NCBI GenBank assembly: GCA_029268265.1 | Contig: JAJUGH010000001.1 | Location: forward strand, 1-51,566 | From: Alcaligenaceae bacterium | GTDB taxonomy: Bacteria > Pseudomonadota > Gammaproteobacteria > Burkholderiales > Burkholderiaceae_B | DNA length: 51,566 nucleotides | Direction of reading: 5' to 3' | Shown here: positions 10,990 to 22,698 of the stretch, piece by piece | Position numbering within the stretch: the first letter of the stretch is position 1 | Layout: each line of letters starts with the position of its first letter | Notes under the pieces: generated by a model | Told to the model about the DNA's origin: nothing | Database searches by the model: none | Seen by the model: the letters and a program-made list of their open reading frames with translations, nothing else | Made by a program: the position numbers and the translations under genes

Positions 10990-11579
10990 TCACGTCACCA
11001 CGCCTTTTACTTGCTTCATTACTGGCTACCTGCCTGAGCTGCCTGGCTCCCGCCGCCGCGCAGCAGGCCGGCACCCAGGAAGAACCCGACACCCTCATCG
11101 TCTCGGATTCGCTCATCTACGATGACAATGCCAAAGAAAGCGTCTTTACCGGCAACGTCATTCTGACTCGTGGCAACATGACCCTGCATTCCGACCGCCT
11201 CACCATGCGCGAAGACGCCGAGGGCTATCAGCATGGCACGGCCACAGTCGAAGGCGGCAAGCTGGTTTTCCTGCGCCAGGAAAACCCTGAAAAGTTCGAG
11301 GTGCTGGAAGCGCGCGGGCAGCGCGCCGAATACAACGGCAAGACCGAAGAAATCGAGATGATCGGCAAGGCCATCATCACCCGTTTCATTTGTGGCAAGC
11401 CGTTCGACAATATTCAGGGCGAACGCGTCATCTACCGGCAAAAAACCGAGACCTACCAAGCGTTCGGGGGGCCGAACTCCGCTGCACCGGGTGGGCGGGT
11501 CCGCTCGCTGGCTACGCCACGTGCACGCGCCGACGCTGCCATCGAGGCCTGCCGCAAACAACAAGGCGCCGGCAACTAA
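10986..11579 (+). CDS. lptA: LPS transport periplasmic protein LptA
   Basis: Signal peptide, FTGNVILTRG OstA-like motif, ATGA overlap with lptC. Confidence 0.88.
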   Translation: MITSPRLLLASLLATCLSCLAPAAAQQAGTQEEPDTLIVSDSLIYDDNAKESVFTGNVILTRGNMTLHSDRLTMREDAEGYQHGTATVEGGKLVFLRQENPEKFEVLEARGQRAEYNGKTEEIEMIGKAIITRFICGKPFDNIQGERVIYRQKTETYQAFGGPNSAAPGGRVRSLATPRARADAAIEACRKQQGAGN

Positions 11580-11588
11580 GGAAGCGTT

Positions 11589-12398
11589 TTGCGTAGCAAG
11601 AACCCTTTTTCTCGTACTCCGACTGCGAGCTCCTCCCGCCGTGCCGCCAGTGACACGCCGGGCAGTCTGCGGGCGACAGGCCTGCGCAAGATCTACGGGA
11701 AGCGCACCGTCGTTGAAGATGTCTCGCTGTCGGTGGACAGCGGCGAAGTCGTCGGCCTCCTGGGCCCGAACGGGGCGGGCAAGACCACCAGCTTCTACAT
11801 GATTGTGGGCATCGTGCCGGTGGACTCGGGACGCATCGAGATCGACAACATCCCGATCACGAACATGCCCATGCACCGGCGCGCGCGCCTGGGTCTGTCG
11901 TATCTGCCCCAGGACGCCTCGGTATTCCGGCGCCTGACAGTGGAAGAAAACATCCGTGCCGTGCTCGAGCTGCAGCTAGACGATAACAATCGCCCACTGT
12001 CTTCGGCACAGATAGGCGAGGAACTCGAATCGCTGATCGACGAACTGCAGATCGGACATATCCGCCGCAATACGGCGATTTCGCTATCCGGCGGTGAGCG
12101 CCGCCGCGTGGAAATCGCTCGTGCGCTCGCCACCAACCCGCGCTTCATTCTGCTGGACGAACCTTTTGCAGGCGTTGACCCCATTGCGGTGATCGAGATC
12201 CAGCGCATCGTGCAGTTCTTAAAAAATCGGAATATCGGTGTGCTGATCACCGACCACAACGTACGCGAAACACTGGGGATCTGTGACCGGGCCTACATTA
12301 TCAGTGAGGGTCGGGTGCTGACTAGCGGGCATCCGAACGAGATTATTGACAATGAGGCGGTTCGGAAAGTGTATCTGGGTAAGAACTTCAAGATGTGA
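11589..12398 (+). CDS. lptB: LPS export ABC transporter ATPase
   Basis: [47 protein letters not shown]. Confidence 0.97.
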   Translation: MRSKNPFSRTPTASSSRRAASDTPGSLRATGLRKIYGKRTVVEDVSLSVDSGEVVGLLGPNGAGKTTSFYMIVGIVPVDSGRIEIDNIPITNMPMHRRARLGLSYLPQDASVFRRLTVEENIRAVLELQLDDNNRPLSSAQIGEELESLIDELQIGHIRRNTAISLSGGERRRVEIARALATNPRFILLDEPFAGVDPIAVIEIQRIVQFLKNRNIGVLITDHNVRETLGICDRAYIISEGRVLTSGHPNEIIDNEAVRKVYLGKNFKM

Positions 12399-12488
12399 AG
12401 TTCAGCCGCGACGACCGCAGCCCATCTAGCACATTACCTGAATTCTTGAGCGCTTGCCCGCACGAATTGCCGGGGGCTTGATACCGCT

Positions 12489-12537
12489 CATTACATCGTA
12501 ATGTTCGGCTTGATTTCGACGGCCGAAGCGATACACT
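12489..12537 (+). promoter_or_regulatory. Putative hpf promoter with upstream palindrome
   Basis: CATTAC-ATC-GTAATG perfect inverted repeat (12489-12503), then TTGATT (12510)-N16-TACACT (12532). Confidence 0.35.
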
Positions 12538-12626
12538 GGACTCATCGATCAACAGTTATAGGAGGGAATTACCACGCAACTCCAGGCGCCTTTTGCGCCG
12601 CAAACCATAACCGTAGGAGCGTTTAT

Positions 12627-12953
12627 ATGAACCTGAGCATCAGTGGTCGTCATCTCGAAATCACCCCCGCCATCCGCGAATACGCAGCCACCAAGATGGC
12701 GCGCATTGGTCGCCACTTCGACAATGTCATAGACGTACAGGTCATGCTCTCTATCGAGAAGCTACAGCACATCGCCGAAGTCACTGTCCGCCTACCCGGC
12801 AAAGACATCCATTGCGAGGCGCGTGACGAGAACCTCTATGCTTCAATCGACCTACTGGCCGATAAAATCGATCGCCAGGTCATCAAATACAAGACCAAGC
12901 TTCAGAATCACGCTCATGAACCCATGAAGCGGCAGGAAGTGCCCGCCGAATAA
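12627..12953 (+). CDS. hpf: Ribosome hibernation promoting factor (HPF/RaiA)
   Basis: MNLSISGRHLEITPAIREY...NLYASIDLLADKIDRQ; AGGAG RBS at 12615. Confidence 0.93.
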   Translation: MNLSISGRHLEITPAIREYAATKMARIGRHFDNVIDVQVMLSIEKLQHIAEVTVRLPGKDIHCEARDENLYASIDLLADKIDRQVIKYKTKLQNHAHEPMKRQEVPAE

Positions 12954-12983
12954 CCCGGCGCCGTCGCACACCGTGCCAAAGCA

Positions 12984-13021
12984 AGGCCTCGAACACGTCG
13001 CGGTTCGGGGCCTAGGTTTTT
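12984..13021 (+). terminator. Probable intrinsic terminator after hpf
   Basis: AGGCCTCGAAC / GTTCGGGGCCT 11-bp stem (one G-U), 8-nt loop, TTTTT at 13017-13021. Confidence 0.55.
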
Positions 13022-13091
13022 CTGAAGGCCCGCTTCCCTGTGGCGCGTTGCCCTTTGTATGTTGCGAAGCAATAAACATATAATGAGCCGT

Positions 13092-13553
13092 ATGAACCTA
13101 ATGTCGCGCATCCTTCCACCTTCGAATGTGGTCCTCGACCTATCGGTCACGAGCAAAAAACGCGCATTCGAGCAAGCGGGTCTTCTCTTTGAAAATCACA
13201 ACGGCATCGCGCGCACGGCAGTCATTCAGAGCCTGATCACGCGGGAACGCCTCGGCTCGACTGCCCTCGGACACCAAGTTGCCGTTCCACACGGCCGCAT
13301 CAAGGACTTGAAAGAACCTTGCGCGGCCTTTATTCGCTTGAGCGAACCGGTACGCTTTGATGCCGCCGACGGCCGCGCCGCGAATCTGCTGTTCATTTTG
13401 CTGGTTCCTGAAAACGCCACCCAGACACACCTGGATCTGCTGGCGGAAATCGCCCGGCTGATGTCGGATGCCGACATTCGTCATGCCTTGGCCACCGAAA
13501 CCGACCCGGCGGTTGTTCACAGTCTGCTGACCCGCCCGCAACCCCAGGAATAG
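13092..13553 (+). CDS. ptsN: PTS IIA(Ntr)
   Basis: SKKRAFE, RERLGSTALG, VAVPHGR phospho-His motif; start 13083 or 13092. Confidence 0.92.
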   Translation: MNLMSRILPPSNVVLDLSVTSKKRAFEQAGLLFENHNGIARTAVIQSLITRERLGSTALGHQVAVPHGRIKDLKEPCAAFIRLSEPVRFDAADGRAANLLFILLVPENATQTHLDLLAEIARLMSDADIRHALATETDPAVVHSLLTRPQPQE

Positions 13554-13557
13554 GGCC

Positions 13558-14490
13558 ATGCTGACCCTGCAAGAGCTTGTCAAAGACAACGCCGGCGACG
13601 TCAACTTTAAATGGCTGGCCGGCGAGCAGGCGGCAGAACAGCAACTCACCAACAATCTGGGCCGCGCCAGCGCCGACCTGGTAGGCCACCTCAATCTCAT
13701 TCACCCCTCGCGCATACAGGTTCTTGGCGCCGAGGAACTCGCCTACTACACCAACTTTGATACCGCCCGGCGCCTGCACTTGCTTGAAGAGCTGCTTTCC
13801 GGCGGGGTACCCGCGATTCTGATTGCGGAAGGGCTGCAGGCGCCTGAGGGGATGCGGGATTTCTGCGAAAGTAACGACATCCCCCTGTTGGCCACCCACA
13901 TTGACGCGGCCCAGTTAATCGACCTGCTGCGCATCTACCTGGGTAAGCGGCTGGCGCCTAAGACACTCATGCACGGCGTCTTCCTGGATGTGCTGGGAGT
14001 CGGTGTACTCATTACCGGCGAATCGGGCCTGGGCAAGAGCGAACTGGCACTGGAACTGATTTCCCGCGGGCACGGCCTGGTGGCCGATGACGCCGTCGAG
14101 CTGTCTCGAATCGCCCCTAGCATCATCGAAGGCCACTGCCCGCCTCTGCTGCAGAACCTGCTCGAAGTCCGTGGCCTGGGCTTGCTGGATATCCGCACCA
14201 TATTTGGCGAAACCTCGGTACGGCGCAAGATGAAGCTCAGCCTGCTGGTGCATCTGATACGCTCCACACCGGAAAATTTCGAACGCCTTCCCGTGCAGGA
14301 CCAGACTGAAGAAGTCCTCGGCGTGCCCATCCGGCGAGTCATGCTGCAGGTCGCGGCCGGGCGCAACCTGGCAGTGTTGGTGGAAGCCGCCGTGCGCAAC
14401 ACCATACTGACCTTGCGCGGCATCGACACCATGGGTGAATTTATTGAACGTCAGGCCTTGGCCATCATGGAGAACAGCCGACGTCCCTGA
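13558..14490 (+). CDS. hprK: HPr(Ser) kinase/phosphorylase
   Basis: MHGVFLDV, GESGLGKSE Walker A, LVADD, LEVRGLG, GRNLAVLVEAA. Confidence 0.95.
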   Translation: MLTLQELVKDNAGDVNFKWLAGEQAAEQQLTNNLGRASADLVGHLNLIHPSRIQVLGAEELAYYTNFDTARRLHLLEELLSGGVPAILIAEGLQAPEGMRDFCESNDIPLLATHIDAAQLIDLLRIYLGKRLAPKTLMHGVFLDVLGVGVLITGESGLGKSELALELISRGHGLVADDAVELSRIAPSIIEGHCPPLLQNLLEVRGLGLLDIRTIFGETSVRRKMKLSLLVHLIRSTPENFERLPVQDQTEEVLGVPIRRVMLQVAAGRNLAVLVEAAVRNTILTLRGIDTMGEFIERQALAIMENSRRP

Positions 14491-14611
14491 AGTGTGCGGC
14501 TACGCAGTCCGTCGGCTCACTTTGGTACCATTGTCCGGTGTTGCGCCCGCAAGAGCGGCGTGGCGCCGGCAATAAACGCCCGGCACCGGCCATAAACTGA
14601 AGACCACTTCC

Positions 14612-15484
14612 ATGCAAAACATCGTTCTCATCACCGGCATTTCGGGCTCAGGCAAATCTGTCGCCTTACGACTGCTGGAGGACGCCGGCTACATCTGTGT
14701 CGATAACCTGCCGGTGCGCTTCCTGCAGGAATTCATTGCCACAACACGAGAACAGGGAGTGGAGCGCGTGGCCGTCGCCATCGACGTGCGCACCGTGGGC
14801 GAGCTGGATGAGCTTCCGGCCACCGTCGCCAAGATGCGCGACGAAGGCACGGGCTTCCGGGTTATTTTTCTCGACGCCAACGACCACACCCTGCGCCAGC
14901 GGTATTCCGAATCGCGGCGCCGTCATCCGCTCACCGATCGCCTGGCACAGCAACAGGGCCGTACGCCGTCGCTGCAGGAATGCATAGACACCGAGCGCGA
15001 GATGCTGGCCCCCTTGCGCGAAAAAGAGCACACCATCGACACGTCCGACCTGACTCCGGGGCAACTCAGAGCCTGGGTGCGCGACCTGGTTCAGGCCGAC
15101 CGTGCACCGGTGGTGCTGACCTTCGCCTCGTTCGCCTACAAACGGGGAGTGCCGGGCGACGCCGATCTGGTGTTTGACGTACGCTGCCTGCCCAATCCGC
15201 ACTATGACCAGGCCTTACGGCCCCTTACGGGACGCGATGAGCCCGTGGCCAAATGGCTGTCGCAGTTCGGCAGTGTCGAAGCTATGATCTCGGACATAGC
15301 CGGCTACATCCAGCGCTGGCTGCCGTTGTACATGCAGGACACGCGCAACTATCTGACCGTGGCTATCGGCTGCACAGGGGGCAAGCATCGTTCGGTTTAC
15401 GTCACGGAAGAGCTTGCGCGGCGCTTTGCGGATCACAGCCCGTTGATCCGTCATCGCAATCAACCGCCTCCAGAACTGCCCTGA
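14612..15484 (+). CDS. rapZ: RNase adapter RapZ family P-loop protein
   Basis: TGISGSGKS, CVDNLP, FDVRCLPNPHY, GCTGGKHRSV. Confidence 0.93.
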   Translation: MQNIVLITGISGSGKSVALRLLEDAGYICVDNLPVRFLQEFIATTREQGVERVAVAIDVRTVGELDELPATVAKMRDEGTGFRVIFLDANDHTLRQRYSESRRRHPLTDRLAQQQGRTPSLQECIDTEREMLAPLREKEHTIDTSDLTPGQLRAWVRDLVQADRAPVVLTFASFAYKRGVPGDADLVFDVRCLPNPHYDQALRPLTGRDEPVAKWLSQFGSVEAMISDIAGYIQRWLPLYMQDTRNYLTVAIGCTGGKHRSVYVTEELARRFADHSPLIRHRNQPPPELP

Positions 15485-15501
15485 CGAAGACGGACTGCAC
15501 C

Positions 15502-16560
15502 ATGACGACCACACCTTCGATGATATTTCCGTACCGGATTCTTCCGGTTCTGCTGATCATCGGCGCTATGATCGCCGGCTGCAGCTCGCCTCCGAAGTAC
15601 TCCAACGCCGGCTCGCCTCCCTATACGGGCGGTGGCTATTACAAAGACGACGGCCCCGGCCGTAACATCCCGGCAGATGTGGCCAACATACCGGATGCCG
15701 TCCCTCGCATCGAACCGCATAACCGCGCCAACTTTCGCCCATATACCGTGATGGGGCAGCGTTTCGTACCGGTAGGCGCCGACACCCCGCTACGGCAACG
15801 CGGGGTGGCATCCTGGTATGGCCGCAAGTTTCATGGCAAAAAAACCGCCAACGGCGAAACCTATGATATGTACGCCATGACGGCAGCGCACCCCACCTTG
15901 CCCTTGCCTAGCTACGCCCGCGTTACCCATGAGCAAAGCGGCCGCAGCGTCATCGTACGGGTGAATGACCGGGGGCCATTCCTGCGCGGGCGCGTGATTG
16001 ATCTTTCCTATGCCGCCGCGGCCAAGCTGGGGATTCTTGGCAAGGGCAGCGATGTGGTGGTGGTGGAAGCCATTACCCACGCCGATATTCGTAACGGCCT
16101 GAACATGGCTTCGTTGAAGAGCGCGCCGGTTGTGGCCACCGCCGTCCCGGCCCCCGCCGCCGCCGCCACACCCGCCCCCGCGCCGGCGCCCAAGCCGCAG
16201 CCTGTAGCGGTCGTAGCGCCGGCCCCTGAGCCTACGCCGGATGCGCTGGCGGTGCTGGATAGCCAAGTGCTGGACGCCCTGCATGGCGACGCCGGCACGG
16301 CGCCTACGGTCACGGAAGAGCCTAGCAAAGGCATCTACCTGCAGTTTGGAGCCTTCGGCAGCTACATTACGGCCGACCAGCTGGCCGGCCGCCTGAACCG
16401 CCAAATCGCTCAGGTGGAGCTGCGCGAAGTCCATATCGACAGTGGCGCCAACCTGCATCGCGTAAGGCTCGGGCCCTATCCCAGCCGCACGGCCGCCGTG
16501 AATGCCGCGGTACGCATACAGGAAGCGACAGGCATGCAGCCGGTGTTGGCGCAGCGTTAA
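15502..16560 (+). CDS. rlpA: Septal ring lytic transglycosylase lipoprotein RlpA (DPBB + SPOR)
   Basis: Lipobox IAGC, ASWYG, MTAAHPTLP, VNDRGPF, IDLSYAAA, C-terminal SPOR (LQFGAF...RVRLGP); start ATG 15502. Confidence 0.92.
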   Translation: MTTTPSMIFPYRILPVLLIIGAMIAGCSSPPKYSNAGSPPYTGGGYYKDDGPGRNIPADVANIPDAVPRIEPHNRANFRPYTVMGQRFVPVGADTPLRQRGVASWYGRKFHGKKTANGETYDMYAMTAAHPTLPLPSYARVTHEQSGRSVIVRVNDRGPFLRGRVIDLSYAAAAKLGILGKGSDVVVVEAITHADIRNGLNMASLKSAPVVATAVPAPAAAATPAPAPAPKPQPVAVVAPAPEPTPDALAVLDSQVLDALHGDAGTAPTVTEEPSKGIYLQFGAFGSYITADQLAGRLNRQIAQVELREVHIDSGANLHRVRLGPYPSRTAAVNAAVRIQEATGMQPVLAQR

Positions 16561-16587
16561 CACGCGGTTGACGCGCTGCCGACGCGT

Positions 16588-17514
16588 TCAGCCTTCGCCG
16601 CGTTTCAAAGCCAGCGCGTATAGGGCATCACGGGGCGCACCGCTGACCTTAGCCGCCACCTTCACCGCATCGCGAACCGACATTAGTTCGAGCAGCGCCT
16701 CTAACAGGGCCGCCGCCTGGGGGTCTAGATCATCAGCTTCGGCGGCTTCCTCTTCATGCAGGATCAAGACAAACTCGCCCTGGCTGCGGTGCGAGTCGGC
16801 CGCGAACCAGTCTGCCGCATCGCCCAGCCACAAAGTTTCGATGTGCTCGAAGCGTTTGGTCAGCTCGCGTGCAACGCTTAGCCGGCGCGCCGGGCCGCAT
16901 ACGGCCAGCAAGTCGCCGACCGTCGCGCGTACCCGATGTGGCGACTCGAACATGACCACCGGTGCCGGCAGCGTGCTCCAGCGCTGCAGCCATTTGCGCC
17001 GTGCCCCCTGCTTGGGAGGTGGGAACCCCGCAAACACAAAAGCGGGGTTTTCATCCGAAGTCACGCCGGCGCCCATCAGAGCGGTGATCACGGCACTGGG
17101 CCCCGGCACAGGCACCACCGGGAAACCGGCCTCCCGGACGCGACGCACAATACGCGCCCCGGGGTCACTGACTGCCGGTGCTCCCGCATCCGACACCAAG
17201 GCCACCCGCTGCCCTGCCTCAAGGCGTTGCACGATCGCCTCCGCCGCGGCCGCTTCGTTGTGACGGTGCGCGGCCATAAGCGGCGTGCGGATATCCCAGG
17301 CATCCAACAGCGGGCGACTGGAACGGGTGTCCTCGGCCGCGATGACGTCGCACTGCCGTAGGGCCTGCCAGGCCCGCAAGCCGAGATCTCCCAGATTTCC
17401 TATAGGTGTGGCCACCACGTAGAGCGCCGGGGCCGGCCAGTGTTGACCGGCCACCTGCTCGGCGAGACGTTTCCATGTCACTGGGGCTTCCATTGCTTGT
17501 TTGTCGTCATTCAT
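16588..17514 (-). CDS. rsmI: 16S rRNA (cytidine-1402-2'-O)-methyltransferase
   Basis: YVVATPIGNLGD, AAEDTR, SDAGAPAVSDPG, FESPHR, ARELTKRFE. Confidence 0.95.
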   Translation of the reverse strand: MNDDKQAMEAPVTWKRLAEQVAGQHWPAPALYVVATPIGNLGDLGLRAWQALRQCDVIAAEDTRSSRPLLDAWDIRTPLMAAHRHNEAAAAEAIVQRLEAGQRVALVSDAGAPAVSDPGARIVRRVREAGFPVVPVPGPSAVITALMGAGVTSDENPAFVFAGFPPPKQGARRKWLQRWSTLPAPVVMFESPHRVRATVGDLLAVCGPARRLSVARELTKRFEHIETLWLGDAADWFAADSHRSQGEFVLILHEEEAAEADDLDPQAAALLEALLELMSVRDAVKVAAKVSGAPRDALYALALKRGEG

Positions 17515-17546
17515 ACTGGGCTGTCTCGCATTGCTGGCGATAAATC

Positions 17547-17918
17547 ATGGCTCCCTCTCCCACACAGAAAACCGGCTACCGCTCCGAAAGCCGCAGCGCC
17601 CTCTGGCTGGAATGCCAGGGTCTGCAAATCCTGGAGCGCAATCTGCTGTGCCGTTCCGGCGAAATCGATCTGGTCGCCCGCGACGGCAACGTGCTGGTCT
17701 TCGTGGAGGTGCGCTATCGTGGCTCCGCCAGCCACGGCGGTGCCGCCGCCAGTGTAAACCGCAGCAAGCAACGGCGCCTGCTGCGTGCCGCCCGATACTT
17801 TCTTCCCTGCATCGTACGTCGCCACTTTGGCGGGCGTGAGCCTGCCTGCCGTTTCGACGTGGTCTGCGAACAGGACGGACAGCTGCAATGGATACGGCAC
17901 GCGTTCATGGCGGAATGA
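17547..17918 (+). CDS. YraN (UPF0102) family protein
   Basis: GEIDLV, LVFVEVRYR, CRFDVV; divergent from rsmI. Confidence 0.9.
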   Translation: MAPSPTQKTGYRSESRSALWLECQGLQILERNLLCRSGEIDLVARDGNVLVFVEVRYRGSASHGGAAASVNRSKQRRLLRAARYFLPCIVRRHFGGREPACRFDVVCEQDGQLQWIRHAFMAE

Positions 17919-17988
17919 AAGCAAGCCGGCTATTGCAAATCAATACACGAGGGCTGACTGCATATCGAAAAATGAGATAATCGCCCTT

Positions 17989-18582
17989 ATGGACATGACC
18001 GCACACATGGCGTCGCATTTCGACGACGCCGCCGACACCTTCAAGGCTAGCGCCCGCGAACTGGCGGCACCGCTGGCCGTTGCTGCCGAGCTGCTCTTTG
18101 GAGCCCTGGCCAACAACAACAAGATTCTCGCCTGCGGAAACGGCGGGTCGGCCGCCGACGCACAGCACTTCATTGCAGAGCTGGTCGGCCGCTTCGAACG
18201 CGACCGTCTGCCTCTGGCGGGCATCGCCTTGAATACCGACACGTCCATACTTACGGCCGTCAGCAACGATTACGGGTACAACTCCGTCTTCGAGCGTCAG
18301 GTCAACGCTCTGGGCCAGCCCGGCGACGTTCTTGTGGCCATCTCCACCAGCGGCAACTCCCCCAATGTCGTGAAGGCCATCGAGGCGGCCCACGACCGGG
18401 AAATGGCCGTCATCGCGCTGACCGGCAAGGGGGGCGGCGAGATCGGCAGCATGCTTCTGGACACCGATATCCACCTTTGTGTGCCGCATGATCGCACCAT
18501 GCGCATCCAGGAAGTTCATATTCTGCTGCTGCACGCCATGTGTGATGGTATTGACGCCCTGCTTCTCGGAGACACGCTGTAA
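17989..18582 (+). CDS. gmhA: Phosphoheptose isomerase (GmhA/DiaA SIS family)
   Basis: CGNGGSAADAQHFIAE, NDYG, STSGNSPN, RIQEVH..LLH; start ATG 17989. Confidence 0.82.
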   Translation: MDMTAHMASHFDDAADTFKASARELAAPLAVAAELLFGALANNNKILACGNGGSAADAQHFIAELVGRFERDRLPLAGIALNTDTSILTAVSNDYGYNSVFERQVNALGQPGDVLVAISTSGNSPNVVKAIEAAHDREMAVIALTGKGGGEIGSMLLDTDIHLCVPHDRTMRIQEVHILLLHAMCDGIDALLLGDTL

Positions 18583-19291
18583 TGTCAGTCAACACCCTTT
18601 CCCTCCGCTCCTTCTTTACGGCGCTTTCCGTCGCCGCACTCACGGTGCTCGCAGGTTGCGGCCCGCTCATCGTGGGCGGTACCGCCGCCACCACAGCGCT
18701 GGTCGCCACCGATCGTCGCACCGCAGGCGAGCAGGTTGAAGACAAAGCCATCGAAATGAAGGTGGCGTCGGAAATGCGCAACCTGTTCGGGGACGCCAAA
18801 AATGTGCGTATCAATGCGTATTCGTACGCCGGCCAGGTGCTGCTGGTGGGTGATGTCCCATCTGAACAGGAAAAGCAGCGCGCCGGCCAGGCAGCAGAAA
18901 AGGTGGAAAAAGTGAAGCGGGTGGTGAATCAGCTTCGCGTTGGTGATCTCACCCCGGTCAGCGTACGCACCAACGACGCCTGGCTGAGCTCAAAAGTGCG
19001 TACCACCCTCATCAACACCAAGGATGTCCCCTTCCGAACGATCAACGTTACGACAGAGCGTGGCATTGTCTACCTGCAAGGCAAGGTCACAGAACAAGAA
19101 GGCCAGCGGGCAGGCATTGCCGCCTCCGCTGTATCAGGCGTCAACAAAGTAGTAAAATTGTTCGAGATCGTCTCGCCCGAGAGCGTGCAGCAAGCGGGTT
19201 CCCCTGCTCCCATTCAAGAGTCGACCCCTCAGCCTTCCAGCAACACCGGCACCGCTCCTGAAACAGGCGGTGCTCAAGCCATGCCTGTCCA

Positions 19292-19295
<4 letters not shown>
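18582..19295 (+). CDS. Dual-BON domain lipoprotein (DolP/YraP-like)
   Basis: Lipobox LAGC, DRRTAGEQVED, two BON domains; rsmI-yraN-SIS-BON synteny. Confidence 0.88.
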
Positions 19296-20693
<1,398 letters not shown>

Positions 20694-20704
20694 ACCCGTC
20701 GGCA

Positions 20705-21388
20705 ATGCCCACCGAGACGGTCTGGCTGTTCGACCTGGATAACACGCTGCACGATTGCTCGCGGCATATCTTCCAGCGAATTGACCGGAACATGGCCGAT
20801 CTCATGATGCGGTGGCTGAACCTGGACCGCGCGCGCGCCGACGCCCTGCGTCTGGCCTACTGGAAACGCTACGGCGCCACTGCAGCCGGTCTGGAGCTGC
20901 ATCACGGCATTGCAGCGGCGGATTTCATTGCCGCTGCTCATGATTTCGATGTGCGCGGCCTGGTGCACGCGGAGCCGGGGCTGTCCCGCAAGCTGGCTCT
21001 CCTTCCGGGGCGTAAGATTCTGCTTACCAACGCTCCGGAGCGCTACGCGCGCGCAGTGCTGCGTGAACTGAAAATCACGCAACACTTCGAACTGATTTGG
21101 ACCATCGATCACATGCATCTGCAGGGCCGACTGCGCTGCAAGCCTTCAAAGGCCATGCTGCGTCAACTGTTGGCGCGGCTGCGCGTGCCCGCACACCGTG
21201 TCGTCCTGGTAGACGACACCTTCGCCAATTTACGCAGCGCCAAAGCGGTAGGCATGCGTACCATGCTGTGCCACCACCCGGGCACGCCCCACAATGCTCG
21301 CCATCACGGCCGCAGCGCCTATGTCGACAGACGCATCAAAAGCATTGCCGATCTTTTGAACGGCCGGCAACGCTACCCGCTTGCCTAG
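20705..21388 (+). CDS. Pyrimidine 5'-nucleotidase (HAD)
   Basis: FDLDNTLH, YGAT, LTNA, CKP, VDD; follows argB. Confidence 0.82.
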   Translation: MPTETVWLFDLDNTLHDCSRHIFQRIDRNMADLMMRWLNLDRARADALRLAYWKRYGATAAGLELHHGIAAADFIAAAHDFDVRGLVHAEPGLSRKLALLPGRKILLTNAPERYARAVLRELKITQHFELIWTIDHMHLQGRLRCKPSKAMLRQLLARLRVPAHRVVLVDDTFANLRSAKAVGMRTMLCHHPGTPHNARHHGRSAYVDRRIKSIADLLNGRQRYPLA

Positions 21389-22698
21389 AAAACCTTTAAC
21401 AGTCGCGCATGAATGTGCGCGGCTACACGCAGCAGATCCACATCACCATGGCGACGGCCGACCAGTTGCACACCCAGTGGCAGCCCGCCGGGCCCTTTAC
21501 CCACCGGCAGATTGATGCAGGGCGCATGCAAGGCCGTCCAGGCCCGGTTAAACAGGGCTTCCCCGGTAGAGTCCAGCCCGGCGGGTGCCTCTCCCGCGGC
21601 AGAAGGCGTCAGCAGCACATCCACCTGTTGCTCACTAAGGAAGGCGTCGAAACGGCTTCTGAGCGCCTGTAGCTGCACGATAGCGGCATGGTACGCATCG
21701 ATGGGTTCGGCCAGGGCCGCAGCCAAGGTTTGCCGCAGCCATGGGCTGAGCGCGTGGCTATGGGTTGCAAGCTCCCAGGCCAGACACATCGCGGTTTCCC
21801 GGTACTGCACCGTAGCGTGCAGGTCGTTGATGCCTTCGAACTCTGCAGGGAGTTCACAGTCTTTCAGCACAGCCAGCGCACCGAGCTCAGCAATGACTTC
21901 GCCAAAGCGCTGCTGCATGGGCAGATCGACACGACCCCAGTTGACCGTCCCGCAGACCCCTACACGCAAAGGACGGCCGACATCGGCCGACACATCACCG
22001 TAATCGCGCCCGGTGAGTACCGACGCCAGCAGCGCTACGTCTGCGACGGATCGCGCCATGGGGCCAATGGTGTCCAGCGAATCGGACGTGGCCTTCATGC
22101 CGCTGCGGGGAATCCAGCCGAATGTCGGCTTGTAGCCCACCACCCCGCAGTATGCAGAAGGACGGATGACGCTGCCGGCCGTCTGCGTACCCAGAGCCAG
22201 TGGGAACAGCCCGGCCGCCAGTCCTGCGGCTGAGCCGCTGCTTGAGCCCCCCGGGGTATGGGCCGGGTTTAAGGCGTGTACGGTAGGGCCCGGGTGACGG
22301 ACTGCAAATTCTGTAGTGACCGTCTTGCCGATAATCAGCGCGCCCTCACGGCGCAGCAGAGCGACGGCAGCACTGTCTGAGCGGGGCACATGGCCTTGCC
22401 AGATAGGCGACCCATATGCAGCCGGCATGCCGGCGACATCGATGACGTCCTTCACGGCGACAGGGATGCCGTGCAACCGCCCTTTCTGCAGGCCTTCAAG
22501 CTGTCGCCTTGCACCTTCGGCGTCGTAGAAGCTAAAGGCGTGCAGCGTAGGTTCTCGCTCGGAAATATGCGCATCATGGGCCGCCAGCACATCCGTTGGC
22601 TGCAGCTCGCCGGCCCGGATTGCCGCAGCCAATTCCACTGCAGACGACTTAATCAGCTCATTCACAACTTTAGACTCCCTGGGGTGATCCGAATTCAT
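21385..22698 (-). CDS. Amidase-signature family amidase
   Basis: VAVKDVID (Lys), GKTVTTEFA, PGGSSSGS, GTQTAGSVIRP; ATG 22698 with AGGTGA RBS. Confidence 0.9.
   Translation of the reverse strand: MNSDHPRESKVVNELIKSSAVELAAAIRAGELQPTDVLAAHDAHISEREPTLHAFSFYDAEGARRQLEGLQKGRLHGIPVAVKDVIDVAGMPAAYGSPIWQGHVPRSDSAAVALLRREGALIIGKTVTTEFAVRHPGPTVHALNPAHTPGGSSSGSAAGLAAGLFPLALGTQTAGSVIRPSAYCGVVGYKPTFGWIPRSGMKATSDSLDTIGPMARSVADVALLASVLTGRDYGDVSADVGRPLRVGVCGTVNWGRVDLPMQQRFGEVIAELGALAVLKDCELPAEFEGINDLHATVQYRETAMCLAWELATHSHALSPWLRQTLAAALAEPIDAYHAAIVQLQALRSRFDAFLSEQQVDVLLTPSAAGEAPAGLDSTGEALFNRAWTALHAPCINLPVGKGPGGLPLGVQLVGRRHGDVDLLRVAAHIHARLLKVF

Noticed and set aside
13038-13060. TGGCGCG...TTG resembling a sigma54 -24/-12 promoter before ptsN
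   Set aside because: The required GG-N10-GC spacing is not met
16130-16240. Pro/Ala-rich low-complexity stretch
   Set aside because: Ordinary RlpA inter-domain linker
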